DNA from: Geobacter metallireducens GS-15
GTDB taxonomy: Bacteria; Desulfobacterota; Desulfuromonadia; Geobacterales; Geobacteraceae
NCBI RefSeq assembly: GCF_000012925.1
Contig: NC_007517.1
Span: 2,430,001-2,462,000 of the forward strand
Direction: 5' to 3'
DNA: 32,000 bases
Below are positions 7,500 to 16,014 of the stretch, one piece after another (positions within the stretch are counted from its first letter, which is position 1; each line of letters opens with the position of its first letter). Under the pieces are notes generated by a model. That model was given only the letters and a program-made list of their open reading frames with translations. It was not told where the DNA came from and did no database searches. Position numbers and translations under genes: made by a program.

Positions 7500-10400
7500 A
7501 TGAACAGGCAACAGCTTTCAATCATTATGAGCCTGGTGCTTGCACTGGCGGCACTTCCCCTGGCTGCCTACGCTGGTCCGGGGACAAGGGCGACGCCGCC
7601 GGCACCTGACTACCCTGCGTCCGCAACGCCCAGCGGAGGCACGTTCTACGCCAACAGCCCGGCAGGCCCCTGGAAATACACTAACATCATGGGCACCTAC
7701 AGTAGCGCTTCCAGCAATTCCGGAACCCCTCTCAGGAAGTTTGTCGACTCGCTGCCGGGGCTCGGGTCCGGCGCACGGCCTGCCGGTACAGCCCTGGGCG
7801 CCAACAACCTCGGGCAGTACATCCCAATCGCAGCTCCCGACACGGCCACGTACCCCGGCTCGGATTACTACCAGATCGGTCTGAAAGACTACCGGGTACA
7901 GATGCACTCGGACCTCCCCCCCACCGCGGATGCGTTGGGAACCGGCACTAAGCTGAGGGGGTATTACCAGAAAAACGGTACGGACCACTCGTCCAACTAC
8001 CTGGGACCTCTGATCATTGCCCAGAAGGACCGGCCGGTGCGCATCAAGTTCTTTAACGAACTGGGCGCTAACGGCGCGGGCGACCTCTTCATACCGGTGG
8101 ACACCACGTACATGGGTGCGGGGATGGGCCCCAACGGGATGGATAACTACACACAGAACCGGGCCGATCTTCATCTCCATGGCGGACACTCTCCGTGGAT
8201 CAGTGACGGGACCCCACACCAGTGGATCACCCCGGCCGGGGAGACGAGCACCCCCTATACCTCTGGTGCAAGTTTGAGAAACGTTCCCGACATGGATGGC
8301 GGGATCGAGCCGGCCGGCGCCTCCACCTATTTCTGGACCAACAACCAGAGCGGCAGGATGTTGTTCTACCACGACCATTCCTACGGGATAACGCGCCTCA
8401 ACGTCTATGCCGGCGAGGCGGCAGGCTACCTCATAGTCGATCCCGCGGAAGAGACCTCGCTGGCCGCCGCCGGCGTCCCCGGCACCATCCGTAATCCAGC
8501 CAATCTGGGGGATACGGCAAATAACGACCTGGCACACATTATCCCCCTGATCATCCAGGACAAGACTTTCGTTCCCCAGGACATTGCCGTTCAGGATACG
8601 AAATGGAACGATCCCAAATGGGGCAAGTACGGCGACCTGTGGTTCCCGCACGTCTACGAAACGAACCAGTGGCCCACCAACCCGGACCTGAGTGGTGCGA
8701 ACAACTTCGGCCGGTGGGACTACGGCCCCTGGTTCTGGCCGATCTTCCCCGCTGCCGTTCCGGGACTGCCCACAATGAACGTGTCCGGCGTGCCTGAAGG
8801 GTTCATGGATACGCCCGTTGTCAACGGTACGGCCTACCCGTATATGGACGTACAGCCCCAGGCCTACCGGTTGCGGATCCTGAACGCGGCCAACGACCGG
8901 ATGTTCAACCTCTCCTTCTTTACGGCCGACCCGACCCTTACCCCCTTTGACCCGGTGACCGGCCAGCCGAACCCCGGTTATCAAAAGGAAGTCAAAATGG
9001 TTCCGGCAGTTCCGCGGCCGGTCTGCAGTGCGACCGTCACCACGAACTGCACCTGCGCCGGCGCCCCCGGAACACCGGTTGGCTGTTTCCCGCCGACCTG
9101 GCCCACGGATTCGAGGGCGGGCGGCGTGCCCGACCCGGCCACAGCCGGCCCGCCAATCATCCAGATAGGTTCTGAAGGCGGCCTGCTGCCGGCGCCTACC
9201 GTGATCAATCCCCAACCGGTCAACTATGAATACAATCGCAGAAACGTGGTGGTCCTGAATGTGTCGGACAAGGCGCTCTTCCTGGGGCCGGCGGAACGGG
9301 CCGATGTGATCGTCGACTTTTCCGCCTATGCCGGCAAGACCGTCATCCTTTACAACGACGGCCCCGCGCCGGTGCCGGCGTTCGACCCGCGCAACGACTA
9401 CTACACGGGCTGCCCGGATAATACCTCGTCGGGTGGCGCACCTCCGACAATGGCCGGTTACGGTCCCAACACCCGGACCATCATGCAGTTCCGGGTAGCG
9501 GCTGCTACTCCGGTACCCTTCAATCCGGCTCCGTTAACCACGGCTCTGCCGACGATCTATGCAGCGTCGCAGCCCGCGCCGGTGATTCCGCAAACCGGCT
9601 ATCCCGGCCCCTATAAAGCAACAGCCGATACCTATTCCAGAATATCAGACAACTCCCTGACCTTTACGCCGGTCGGCGCCACCGCGCCGGTAACGATGCC
9701 CATGAAGTCGAAGGCCATTCAGGAGCTTTTCACCGCGGACTATGGCCGCATGAACGCCACTCTGGGGGTCGAACTGCCGTTTACCAACGCCCTTATCCAG
9801 ACGACGATTCCCCTGGGTTACATAGACCCGACAACCGAACAGCTCAACAACGGCCAGCCCCAGCTCTGGAAGATCACCCATAACGGCGTTGACACCCATG
9901 CCATCCATTTCCACCTGTTCGACGTGCAGATCATCAACCGGGTCGGCTGGGACGGCATGATTCGGCCACCCGACGCCAACGAGTTGGGATGGAAGGATAC
10001 GGTCAGGATGCACCCGCTGGAAGACATCGTTGTCGCCATGAGACCGACGACGCCGCCTGTGCCATTCCCTCTCCCCAACAGCGTCCGGCCGCTCGACGTG
10101 ACAATGCCTCTGGGTACCACAACGCAATTTACCGGTGTTGATCCCACTACCAATACGCCGATCACCGTTACCAACGAGTTGACAAACTTTGAGCACGAGT
10201 ACGTTTGGCACTGCCATCTCCTGGGTCATGAAGAGAATGACATGATGCGGCCAGTTGTATTCGCTACCAAGCCGCCACAGGGTGACTTCAACGGCCTCGG
10301 CAAAACCGATATCGCCGTCTGGCGCCCTGGCACCACCGGCCAATGGTGGATCAAAACGTCAACTAACACGCCCGTTGTAATAAACCAGGGAATAACCGGA

Positions 10401-11105
10401 GATAAGCTCGTTCCCGGCGACTACGATGGCGACAGAAAGACCGACGTGGCCGTATGGCGCCCCTCCGACGGCAACTGGTACATTACCAACAGTGCCAACG
10501 GGACGACCAGTACCATAGGTTACGGAACCAATGGCGACATCCCCGTCCCCGGCGACTACGATGGCATCGGCAAAACCGAGACGGCAGTGTGGCGCCCCTC
10601 CAATGGTACCTGGTATATCCCCAACAGCGCCAATGGTACGCAGAGCGTCATAACGTACGGGACGAACGGCGACATCCCCGTCGCCGGCGACTACGACGGC
10701 GACGGCAAGACTGACGTTGCCGTCTGGCGTCCATCCAATGGCAGATGGTACATCAAGAACAGCGGCTCAACCACGCAAACCGTCGTCAGCTACGGCTCGA
10801 ACGGCGATACCCCCGTTCCCGGCGATTACGACGGCGACAACAAGACCGACATGGCCGTCTGGCGCAACGGCACCTGGTACATCAAGAACAGCGCCACCAA
10901 TACCCAAACTGTCGTGAATTTCGGCACCGCCGGCGACATCCCGGTCCCCGGCGACTACGAAAACCTCGGCCGGACGGAAATAGCCGTATGGCGTCCCTCC
11001 AACGGCAACTGGTACATCATGAATCCGGTGACCCACTTGCAAACCACCGTAAACTGGGGCGCCCCGACAGACTTGCCCATCAAGGTATTCCAACCGGTGA
11101 AGTAG
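7500..11105 (+). CDS. large secreted multicopper oxidase with C-terminal FG-GAP/VCBS repeat module (possibly OmpB/OmpC-like)
   Basis: GGAGGAGG lies upstream of ATG 7500; the track start at 7476 is a TTG. Sec-type signal MNRQQLSIIMSLVLALAALPLAAYA. All four MCO copper-ligand motifs are present: HLHGGH, YHDHSYG, HAIHFH, HCHLLGHEENDMM. The last ~274 aa are six tandem DxDxDG repeats. Confidence 0.9.
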   Translation: MNRQQLSIIMSLVLALAALPLAAYAGPGTRATPPAPDYPASATPSGGTFYANSPAGPWKYTNIMGTYSSASSNSGTPLRKFVDSLPGLGSGARPAGTALGANNLGQYIPIAAPDTATYPGSDYYQIGLKDYRVQMHSDLPPTADALGTGTKLRGYYQKNGTDHSSNYLGPLIIAQKDRPVRIKFFNELGANGAGDLFIPVDTTYMGAGMGPNGMDNYTQNRADLHLHGGHSPWISDGTPHQWITPAGETSTPYTSGASLRNVPDMDGGIEPAGASTYFWTNNQSGRMLFYHDHSYGITRLNVYAGEAAGYLIVDPAEETSLAAAGVPGTIRNPANLGDTANNDLAHIIPLIIQDKTFVPQDIAVQDTKWNDPKWGKYGDLWFPHVYETNQWPTNPDLSGANNFGRWDYGPWFWPIFPAAVPGLPTMNVSGVPEGFMDTPVVNGTAYPYMDVQPQAYRLRILNAANDRMFNLSFFTADPTLTPFDPVTGQPNPGYQKEVKMVPAVPRPVCSATVTTNCTCAGAPGTPVGCFPPTWPTDSRAGGVPDPATAGPPIIQIGSEGGLLPAPTVINPQPVNYEYNRRNVVVLNVSDKALFLGPAERADVIVDFSAYAGKTVILYNDGPAPVPAFDPRNDYYTGCPDNTSSGGAPPTMAGYGPNTRTIMQFRVAAATPVPFNPAPLTTALPTIYAASQPAPVIPQTGYPGPYKATADTYSRISDNSLTFTPVGATAPVTMPMKSKAIQELFTADYGRMNATLGVELPFTNALIQTTIPLGYIDPTTEQLNNGQPQLWKITHNGVDTHAIHFHLFDVQIINRVGWDGMIRPPDANELGWKDTVRMHPLEDIVVAMRPTTPPVPFPLPNSVRPLDVTMPLGTTTQFTGVDPTTNTPITVTNELTNFEHEYVWHCHLLGHEENDMMRPVVFATKPPQGDFNGLGKTDIAVWRPGTTGQWWIKTSTNTPVVINQGITGDKLVPGDYDGDRKTDVAVWRPSDGNWYITNSANGTTSTIGYGTNGDIPVPGDYDGIGKTETAVWRPSNGTWYIPNSANGTQSVITYGTNGDIPVAGDYDGDGKTDVAVWRPSNGRWYIKNSGSTTQTVVSYGSNGDTPVPGDYDGDNKTDMAVWRNGTWYIKNSATNTQTVVNFGTAGDIPVPGDYENLGRTEIAVWRPSNGNWYIMNPVTHLQTTVNWGAPTDLPIKVFQPVK
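10281..11102 (+). repeat. six tandem ~43-46-aa FG-GAP/VCBS-type repeats (coding)
   Basis: The unit GDYDGDGKTDxAVWRPSNGxWYIxNSxxGxQxxxxYGxxGDxPVP occurs six times. Repeat 5 is the short form (WRNGTWYIKNS). Repeat 6 is the terminal variant GDYENLGRTEIAVWRPSNGNWYIM. Confidence 0.9.
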
Positions 11106-11119
11106 ATGAGAAGAACCGG

Positions 11120-11147
11120 AAAGGCCGGCAGCAATGCCGGCCTTTTT
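11120..11147 (+). terminator. rho-independent terminator of oxidase operon 1
   Basis: AAAGGCCGGCA-GCAA-TGCCGGCCTTT followed by a T run, 15 nt after the stop codon. Confidence 0.85.
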
Positions 11148-11252
11148 CGCGTTAGGACAAAGTATGACGCGGGACTCATTGAGGCGAAGAAACATAAGAC
11201 AATCTCACATTCCTCAATCAGAAAGTCTCTACAAGAAAACAGACGTTCGCCG

Positions 11253-11282
11253 ATTACACGAAATGCCGCTTAAAAATATACT
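11253..11282 (+). promoter_or_regulatory. possible sigma70-type promoter for oxidase operon 2
   Basis: ATTACA (11253-11258), 18-nt spacer, TATACT (11277-11282). It lies about 100 nt upstream of the first ORF of the operon, in an AT-richer intergenic stretch. This is a motif match only. Confidence 0.25.
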
Positions 11283-11383
11283 TTGATCAACAACAAAGCA
11301 CTCCCTCAGGGAGAGGGGACTATTTAATCACCGAAGAATGAGTAGCCCGCGATTCGCGTGACCCGTTGGTTGAGGGGTTATCC

Positions 11384-11698
11384 ATGAAACTAGCTGTCGT
11401 GGCCGGAATGGTGCTACTGCCGCACGTTCTGTTTGCGGATACCGACTGCCGGGTCGATGAATACCCGGATCACTACGTGGTCGTATGCACCGGAGAAGAA
11501 AAAGCAGAACCTCCGGCGCCCCGGCCGTCGACTATAGGTCAATCCGCCACAGCAGCAACGTCCGCAACGCCGATTCAAGCCGCAATCCAGGATCACTCAA
11601 CGGATAGCATCAATGGGCCCAGGCCCGGCCGCATGTCCAGGTCGCGCCTCGAGGCCGCGATCACGGCCCGTAACAGGTTTCTGCAGGAGAATGAGTGA
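11384..11698 (+). CDS. small secreted protein (104 aa), unknown function
   Basis: ATG 11384 follows GAGGGG. Signal peptide MKLAVVAGMVLLPHVLFA|DTDC. The mature part has two Cys (DTDCRVDEYPDHYVVVCTG), an A/T/P-rich linker and a basic C-terminal helix (SRSRLEAAITARNRFLQENE). Its stop lies 35 nt before the next start. Confidence 0.6.
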   Translation: MKLAVVAGMVLLPHVLFADTDCRVDEYPDHYVVVCTGEEKAEPPAPRPSTIGQSATAATSATPIQAAIQDHSTDSINGPRPGRMSRSRLEAAITARNRFLQENE

Positions 11699-11733
11699 TC
11701 CGTCATATCCAAAAATCAAGGAGGAATCAGTAC

Positions 11734-12519
11734 ATGAGCCGGTTTTCTCATCTGAAATGGGGTGATTACTCGCTGAAATCCCCCGAATCCGTACCAGCCT
11801 TTCCCTGCCTCAGGGGCAATAGCCGCGGCAGGAGATGTATCCCCATAGGAATCTGGGGCTTGATCCTGTTGTTCTGTGCGGTATCCGCCGCCCTCGGTCA
11901 GGAGATCAAGGGAGAGAATGCAAAGCTCAACTACAGCGTGGGCTACCAGGTGGGCAGTGATTTCAAGGCCCATGGCGTGGAACTGGACCCCGACGCACTG
12001 ATGCAGGGGGTACAGGATGCCGTCAAGCAGAAAGAGCCGTCTGTGTCCAAAGAAGAGATGAACAAGTCCCTGACGGGACTCAAACGGAAGATTGATGCCG
12101 CCGGGCAGACGAGCGCCCGGCAGAAAACCGCCGAGTACCGCCGCGCCAGCGAGGCATTTCTGAAGGAGAACGCCCAAAAGGAAGGGGTCAAGATCCTGCC
12201 GAGCGGCGTCCAGTACCGGGTAATCAGCGAAGGGAGCGGCAAAATGCCAACCCTCAAGGATGAGGTAAAGGTCCACTATCGCATCTCGCGGATAGACGGC
12301 AAGGAGTTGGGCAACACCTATGACGCCGGCATTCCGAGAACCGTCTCCGTGGCAAAAGCGATGCCGGCCCTCCAGGAGGTGCTGCCGCTGATGGCCGAGG
12401 GGTCCAAGTGGCAGGTCGTCATCCCCACTGGCACCGCTTCGGGAAACAAGGAACCCCTGGATGACCAGGGAGTTTTGATCTACGACCTGGAACTGGTTTC
12501 CGTTATTCCGGCTAAATAG
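11734..12519 (+). CDS. FkpA/Mip-like periplasmic FKBP-domain protein with degenerate catalytic residues
   Basis: AAGGAGGA lies upstream of ATG 11734; the track start at 11695 is a GTG. Hydrophobic anchor/signal IPIGIWGLILLFCAVSAALG. FKBP_N-like (KLNYSVGYQVGSDF...ALMQGVQDAV) and FKBP_C-like (ILPSGVQYRVISEGSGKMP...VKVHYRISRIDGKEL...WQVVIPTGTASG) regions. Confidence 0.8.
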   Translation: MSRFSHLKWGDYSLKSPESVPAFPCLRGNSRGRRCIPIGIWGLILLFCAVSAALGQEIKGENAKLNYSVGYQVGSDFKAHGVELDPDALMQGVQDAVKQKEPSVSKEEMNKSLTGLKRKIDAAGQTSARQKTAEYRRASEAFLKENAQKEGVKILPSGVQYRVISEGSGKMPTLKDEVKVHYRISRIDGKELGNTYDAGIPRTVSVAKAMPALQEVLPLMAEGSKWQVVIPTGTASGNKEPLDDQGVLIYDLELVSVIPAK

Positions 12520-12670
12520 GCGACCTTCAACGTCTCTATAAAAACCTAGGGAAAGGTGGTGATCGGAAAGACGGCAGGGATTGCTGCAGACATCGCTGAA
12601 CCATCTCCGGAGCGACACACGTCGGGATGGCACCCAAAGGGCATGAGGCCCTGAACTCGAGGAGGCAACA

Positions 12671-15600
12671 ATGAATGATCACCCACCATGGAAAACCGGA
12701 ACCAGGCTGCTCTCCGCCCTCACCTTCCTGGGCCTGAGCATCACGTCAACCGCCCACGCGGTGCCTGTACCGGGGGGGACCGTCGACCCCGCCAGCATCC
12801 CCAAGTACGTGACCCCTCTGGTCATCCCCCCGGTGATGCCCGCAAGTGTCTCGTCACCGGCCCCGGCGGCCAAATATGACATCGCTGTCCGCCAGTTCAA
12901 ACAGCAGATCCTTCCCGGCGGCATCTGGGGGAGCAGCTTCCCCAACCCGCTCGCTGCTGCGCCGGCAACGGTCGGCCCATTCCCTGCCACAACCGTGTGG
13001 AGTTACGGCCGGGCATCGGACCCGCAGCCGGATTCAACGGCGATCGTGGGGGGAGGCGTAGGGATCGCGCCGGCCACGAACTCGAGCTTCAACTATCCGG
13101 CCTTCACCGTGGAAAACACCTCGAACGTGGCTACCTCGGTGCGCTGGAGCAACGATCTGGTCGCCGATCCGGTTGCCTGCGCGGCATCTCCCAACAAGAG
13201 CGTCGCCGCGTGTAATTTCCTGCCTCACCTCTTCAGCGTGGACCAGACCATCCACTGGGCCAACCCGACCGGCACGGGCTGCGTCATGGCCATGAACCCC
13301 CTCGGGGTCGATTGCCACACGGCCAATGCAGCTCCCTACATCGGTCCGGTCCCACTGGTGACCCACGTCCACGGCGCCCATGTCATGCCCCATAGCGACG
13401 GCTATCCCGAAGCGTGGTGGCTCCCCGGCACCCCCGGCACCAAGGGGATTCCAGCCAGCTATGTGGAGCGCGGCACGAAATACGACCAGGCCAACACCGC
13501 CAACGCCATCGCCGGCACGGCCTACTTCAACTACCTCAACACCCAGCCGGCCACAACGATCTGGTATCATGACCATACCATCGGCATGACCCGGCTTAAC
13601 GTCTATGCAGGCCCGGCCGGTTTCTGGCTCATCAGGGGGGGCGTGAACGATCTGGCAGCCGGCAGCCTTCCCGGCCCGGCACCGACCGTCGGGCAAGACC
13701 CGAACCTAACCCCCGCGACCCGCAACGCCATCCGCGAGGTGCCGATTGTCATCCAGGACCGTTCGTTCGATTGGGCCGATGCCGCCGGCAACACGCTCCC
13801 CACGTCGACGGGGGCCACCCAGGCCAAGCTGTTCTACCCGTCCAGCCGCCTCTTCTTCGACGGCTTCACCGGACCGTACATCGGTGGAGTCGGCACCCCT
13901 GCCGGTCCTTCGGACATCTCCCCCATACTCAACCCCGAAGTGTTCTTCAACACCATGGTGGTCAACGGCACAACCTGGCCGAAATTCACCGTGGCGCCGA
14001 CCAAATACCGCTTCCGCTTCCTGGACGGCTGCAACTCCCGGACCCTCAACCTCTCGATGTATGTGGTAACCGCCGGCCCCGACGGCAAATGGGGCACGGC
14101 CGACGACGTGAAGACCACTACGGAAATCCCCTTCTACCAGATCGGCGGCGATCAGGGGTTCCTTCCCAAGGTCGTCAAGATCACCAAGGGCTTCGCTACC
14201 GCCCTTCCCGGGAACGGGACCATCCCGGCAGCCGTGGCCGCTCCCTCCACCGAACAGGGTTTGTTGATGGGTCCGGCTGAACGTGCCGACGTGATCATCG
14301 ACTTCACCGGTCTGGCCAACGGTACCCATGTCCGGATTTTCAACACGGGTCCCGACGCCCCCTTCCAGGGGTTCCCGGCCAACCTGGCACTCTATGCGCC
14401 GGCCGATCCGCTCACCTCCGGACAGGTGATGGATTTCATCGTCGACTCCGTTGCCGTTCCCGTGCTCCCGAGCGACGCAACCACAACGACGGTGCAGAAC
14501 CTCGTCCTCCCCAGCGAGGCACCCCTCGGCGCACCGGTGCCCACTCCCCGCAAGGTTTCCCTGAACGAGCTGGACTCCGCCCAGGTCTGCGTCGAAGTCA
14601 ATCCGGTCACCGCGGCAATCGTCCGGACGATTTTCAGCACCTTCGCCGGGGATCCGAACTTTGCGGCCAACTGCGCGAAGGCGGCGGTCCTCACACCGGG
14701 TGATGTGCCGTTGCCGGCAGGCCCCCGCATAACGCTCCTCGGCACGCTGTCCGCCGACGGGCTTACGGCGGTCCCGTTGAACTGGAATGATCCGCTCACC
14801 GAACTGCCGCTTCTCAGCAGCACCGAAACCTGGGAAATCTACAACACCACCATGGATGGACATCCTGTCCACGTACACCTGGTGCGGTTCGAGCTGGTCA
14901 ACCGGCAAAAACTCCTCGCCGCCACCCTGACGCCGGACCCCGCGGCCGGCAGCACGACTCTCCCGCAACCCAACGAACAGGGCTTTAAAGACACCATCAT
15001 CGCGCTGCCCGGACAGGTTACCCGGATAAAGGCAAAGTTCGACATCGAGGGGCTCTATGTATGGCACTGCCATATCGTCGAGCATGAAGACAACGAGATG
15101 ATGCGCCCCTATGTGGTGCACAAGGCGCGGCTCAACGCCGATTTCGACGGCGACGGCAAGACCGACCTGGTGGTCTGGCGCCCCAACACGGGTGACTGGC
15201 TGCACATGCCATCATTCACCAACATGACCCGCACGGTCAACTTCGGCACCACCGGCGATAAGCTGGTCCCCGGCGATTACGACGGCGACGGCAGGGTCGA
15301 CATGGCTGTCTGGCGCCCCTCCAACGGCCACTGGTACTTCATGAACAGCATCACCGGCGCCCAGAGCACCGTCAGCTACGGGACCATGGGCGATACCCCC
15401 GTCCCCGGCGACTATGACGGCGACGGCAAGACCGACATGGCCGTCTGGCGCGGCGGCAGCTGGTTCATCAAGAATAGCGCCACCGGCACCCAGAGCACCC
15501 CCAGCTACGGGACCACCGGCGACATCCCCGTTCCCGGCGACTACGACGGCGACGGCAAGACCGACCTGGCTGTCTGGCGCCCCACCAACGGGACCTGGTA

Positions 15601-15955
15601 CATCACGAACAGCGCCACCGGCACGCAAACCACCGCGGCTTACGGGACCACCGGCGACGTTGTCGTCCCCGGCGACTATGACGGCGACGGCAAGACCGAC
15701 ATCGCCGTCTGGCGCAACGGCACCTGGTTCATCAAGAACAGCGGCAACGGCACCCAGAGCGTCATCAGTTACGGGACCGCCGGCGATATCCCCGTACCGG
15801 GCGACTACGACAGCATCGGCAGGACCAGCATCGCTGTCTGGCGTCCTTCCAACGGAACCTGGTATATCATGGACACCGTCACCGGCAAGCAACGGACGGT
15901 GAGTTGGGGCCTGTCCACCGATCAGCCCGTCCAGGCAAACCAGCCAGTGAAGTAA
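12671..15955 (+). CDS. large secreted multicopper oxidase with C-terminal FG-GAP/VCBS repeat module
   Basis: GAGGAGG lies upstream of ATG 12671. Sec-type signal ...LLSALTFLGLSITSTAHA|VP. Copper motifs HVHGAH, YHDHTIG, HPVHVH, HCHIVEHEDNEMM. The last ~272 aa are six tandem DxDxDG repeats. Confidence 0.9.
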   Translation: MNDHPPWKTGTRLLSALTFLGLSITSTAHAVPVPGGTVDPASIPKYVTPLVIPPVMPASVSSPAPAAKYDIAVRQFKQQILPGGIWGSSFPNPLAAAPATVGPFPATTVWSYGRASDPQPDSTAIVGGGVGIAPATNSSFNYPAFTVENTSNVATSVRWSNDLVADPVACAASPNKSVAACNFLPHLFSVDQTIHWANPTGTGCVMAMNPLGVDCHTANAAPYIGPVPLVTHVHGAHVMPHSDGYPEAWWLPGTPGTKGIPASYVERGTKYDQANTANAIAGTAYFNYLNTQPATTIWYHDHTIGMTRLNVYAGPAGFWLIRGGVNDLAAGSLPGPAPTVGQDPNLTPATRNAIREVPIVIQDRSFDWADAAGNTLPTSTGATQAKLFYPSSRLFFDGFTGPYIGGVGTPAGPSDISPILNPEVFFNTMVVNGTTWPKFTVAPTKYRFRFLDGCNSRTLNLSMYVVTAGPDGKWGTADDVKTTTEIPFYQIGGDQGFLPKVVKITKGFATALPGNGTIPAAVAAPSTEQGLLMGPAERADVIIDFTGLANGTHVRIFNTGPDAPFQGFPANLALYAPADPLTSGQVMDFIVDSVAVPVLPSDATTTTVQNLVLPSEAPLGAPVPTPRKVSLNELDSAQVCVEVNPVTAAIVRTIFSTFAGDPNFAANCAKAAVLTPGDVPLPAGPRITLLGTLSADGLTAVPLNWNDPLTELPLLSSTETWEIYNTTMDGHPVHVHLVRFELVNRQKLLAATLTPDPAAGSTTLPQPNEQGFKDTIIALPGQVTRIKAKFDIEGLYVWHCHIVEHEDNEMMRPYVVHKARLNADFDGDGKTDLVVWRPNTGDWLHMPSFTNMTRTVNFGTTGDKLVPGDYDGDGRVDMAVWRPSNGHWYFMNSITGAQSTVSYGTMGDTPVPGDYDGDGKTDMAVWRGGSWFIKNSATGTQSTPSYGTTGDIPVPGDYDGDGKTDLAVWRPTNGTWYITNSATGTQTTAAYGTTGDVVVPGDYDGDGKTDIAVWRNGTWFIKNSGNGTQSVISYGTAGDIPVPGDYDSIGRTSIAVWRPSNGTWYIMDTVTGKQRTVSWGLSTDQPVQANQPVK
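15137..15952 (+). repeat. six tandem FG-GAP/VCBS-type repeats (coding)
   Basis: Same unit as 10281-11102. Repeats 3 and 5 are the short form (WRGGSWFIKNS, WRNGTWFIKNS). Repeat 6 is the terminal variant GDYDSIGRTSIAVWRPSNGTWYIM. Confidence 0.9.
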
Positions 15956-15982
15956 ACGAGAAGTTCCAGCAGCAGCACAACG

Positions 15983-16014
15983 GAAAGGCCGGCAGAAGTG
16001 CCGGCCTTTCTTTT
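15983..16014 (+). terminator. rho-independent terminator of oxidase operon 2, U-tract interrupted by an IS
   Basis: GAAAGGCCGGCA-GAAG-TGCCGGCCTTTC then TTTT. The IS left end starts at 16015. Confidence 0.8.

Noticed and set aside
7518-9215. 565-aa minus-strand ORF antisense to multicopper oxidase 1. Similar cases: 13706-15205 (-), 15212-16087 (-), 18681-19277 (-) and 11716-12633 (-).
   Set aside because: These lie fully inside well-supported genes on the opposite strand. The translations are low-complexity R/G/P/V-rich with no recognisable motifs. Such open antisense frames are expected in GC-rich coding DNA and in the GDYDGDG repeat arrays.
12541-12600. GEMM-like sequence between the second FKBP gene and oxidase 2. 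AAAAACC...CGGAAAG-AC-GG-CAGGG-ATTGCT-GCAGACA matches the riboswitch core 17653-17681 at 22/29 positions with identical spacing (hand count).
   Set aside because: The expected GNRA hairpin cannot form (CCUAGG-GAAA-GGUGG does not pair). The GGGUUGCCGA block and a terminator are absent, and there is no compensatory base-pairing. It may be a decayed relic of a duplicated leader. I do not call it a riboswitch. A cmsearch with RF01051 would settle it.
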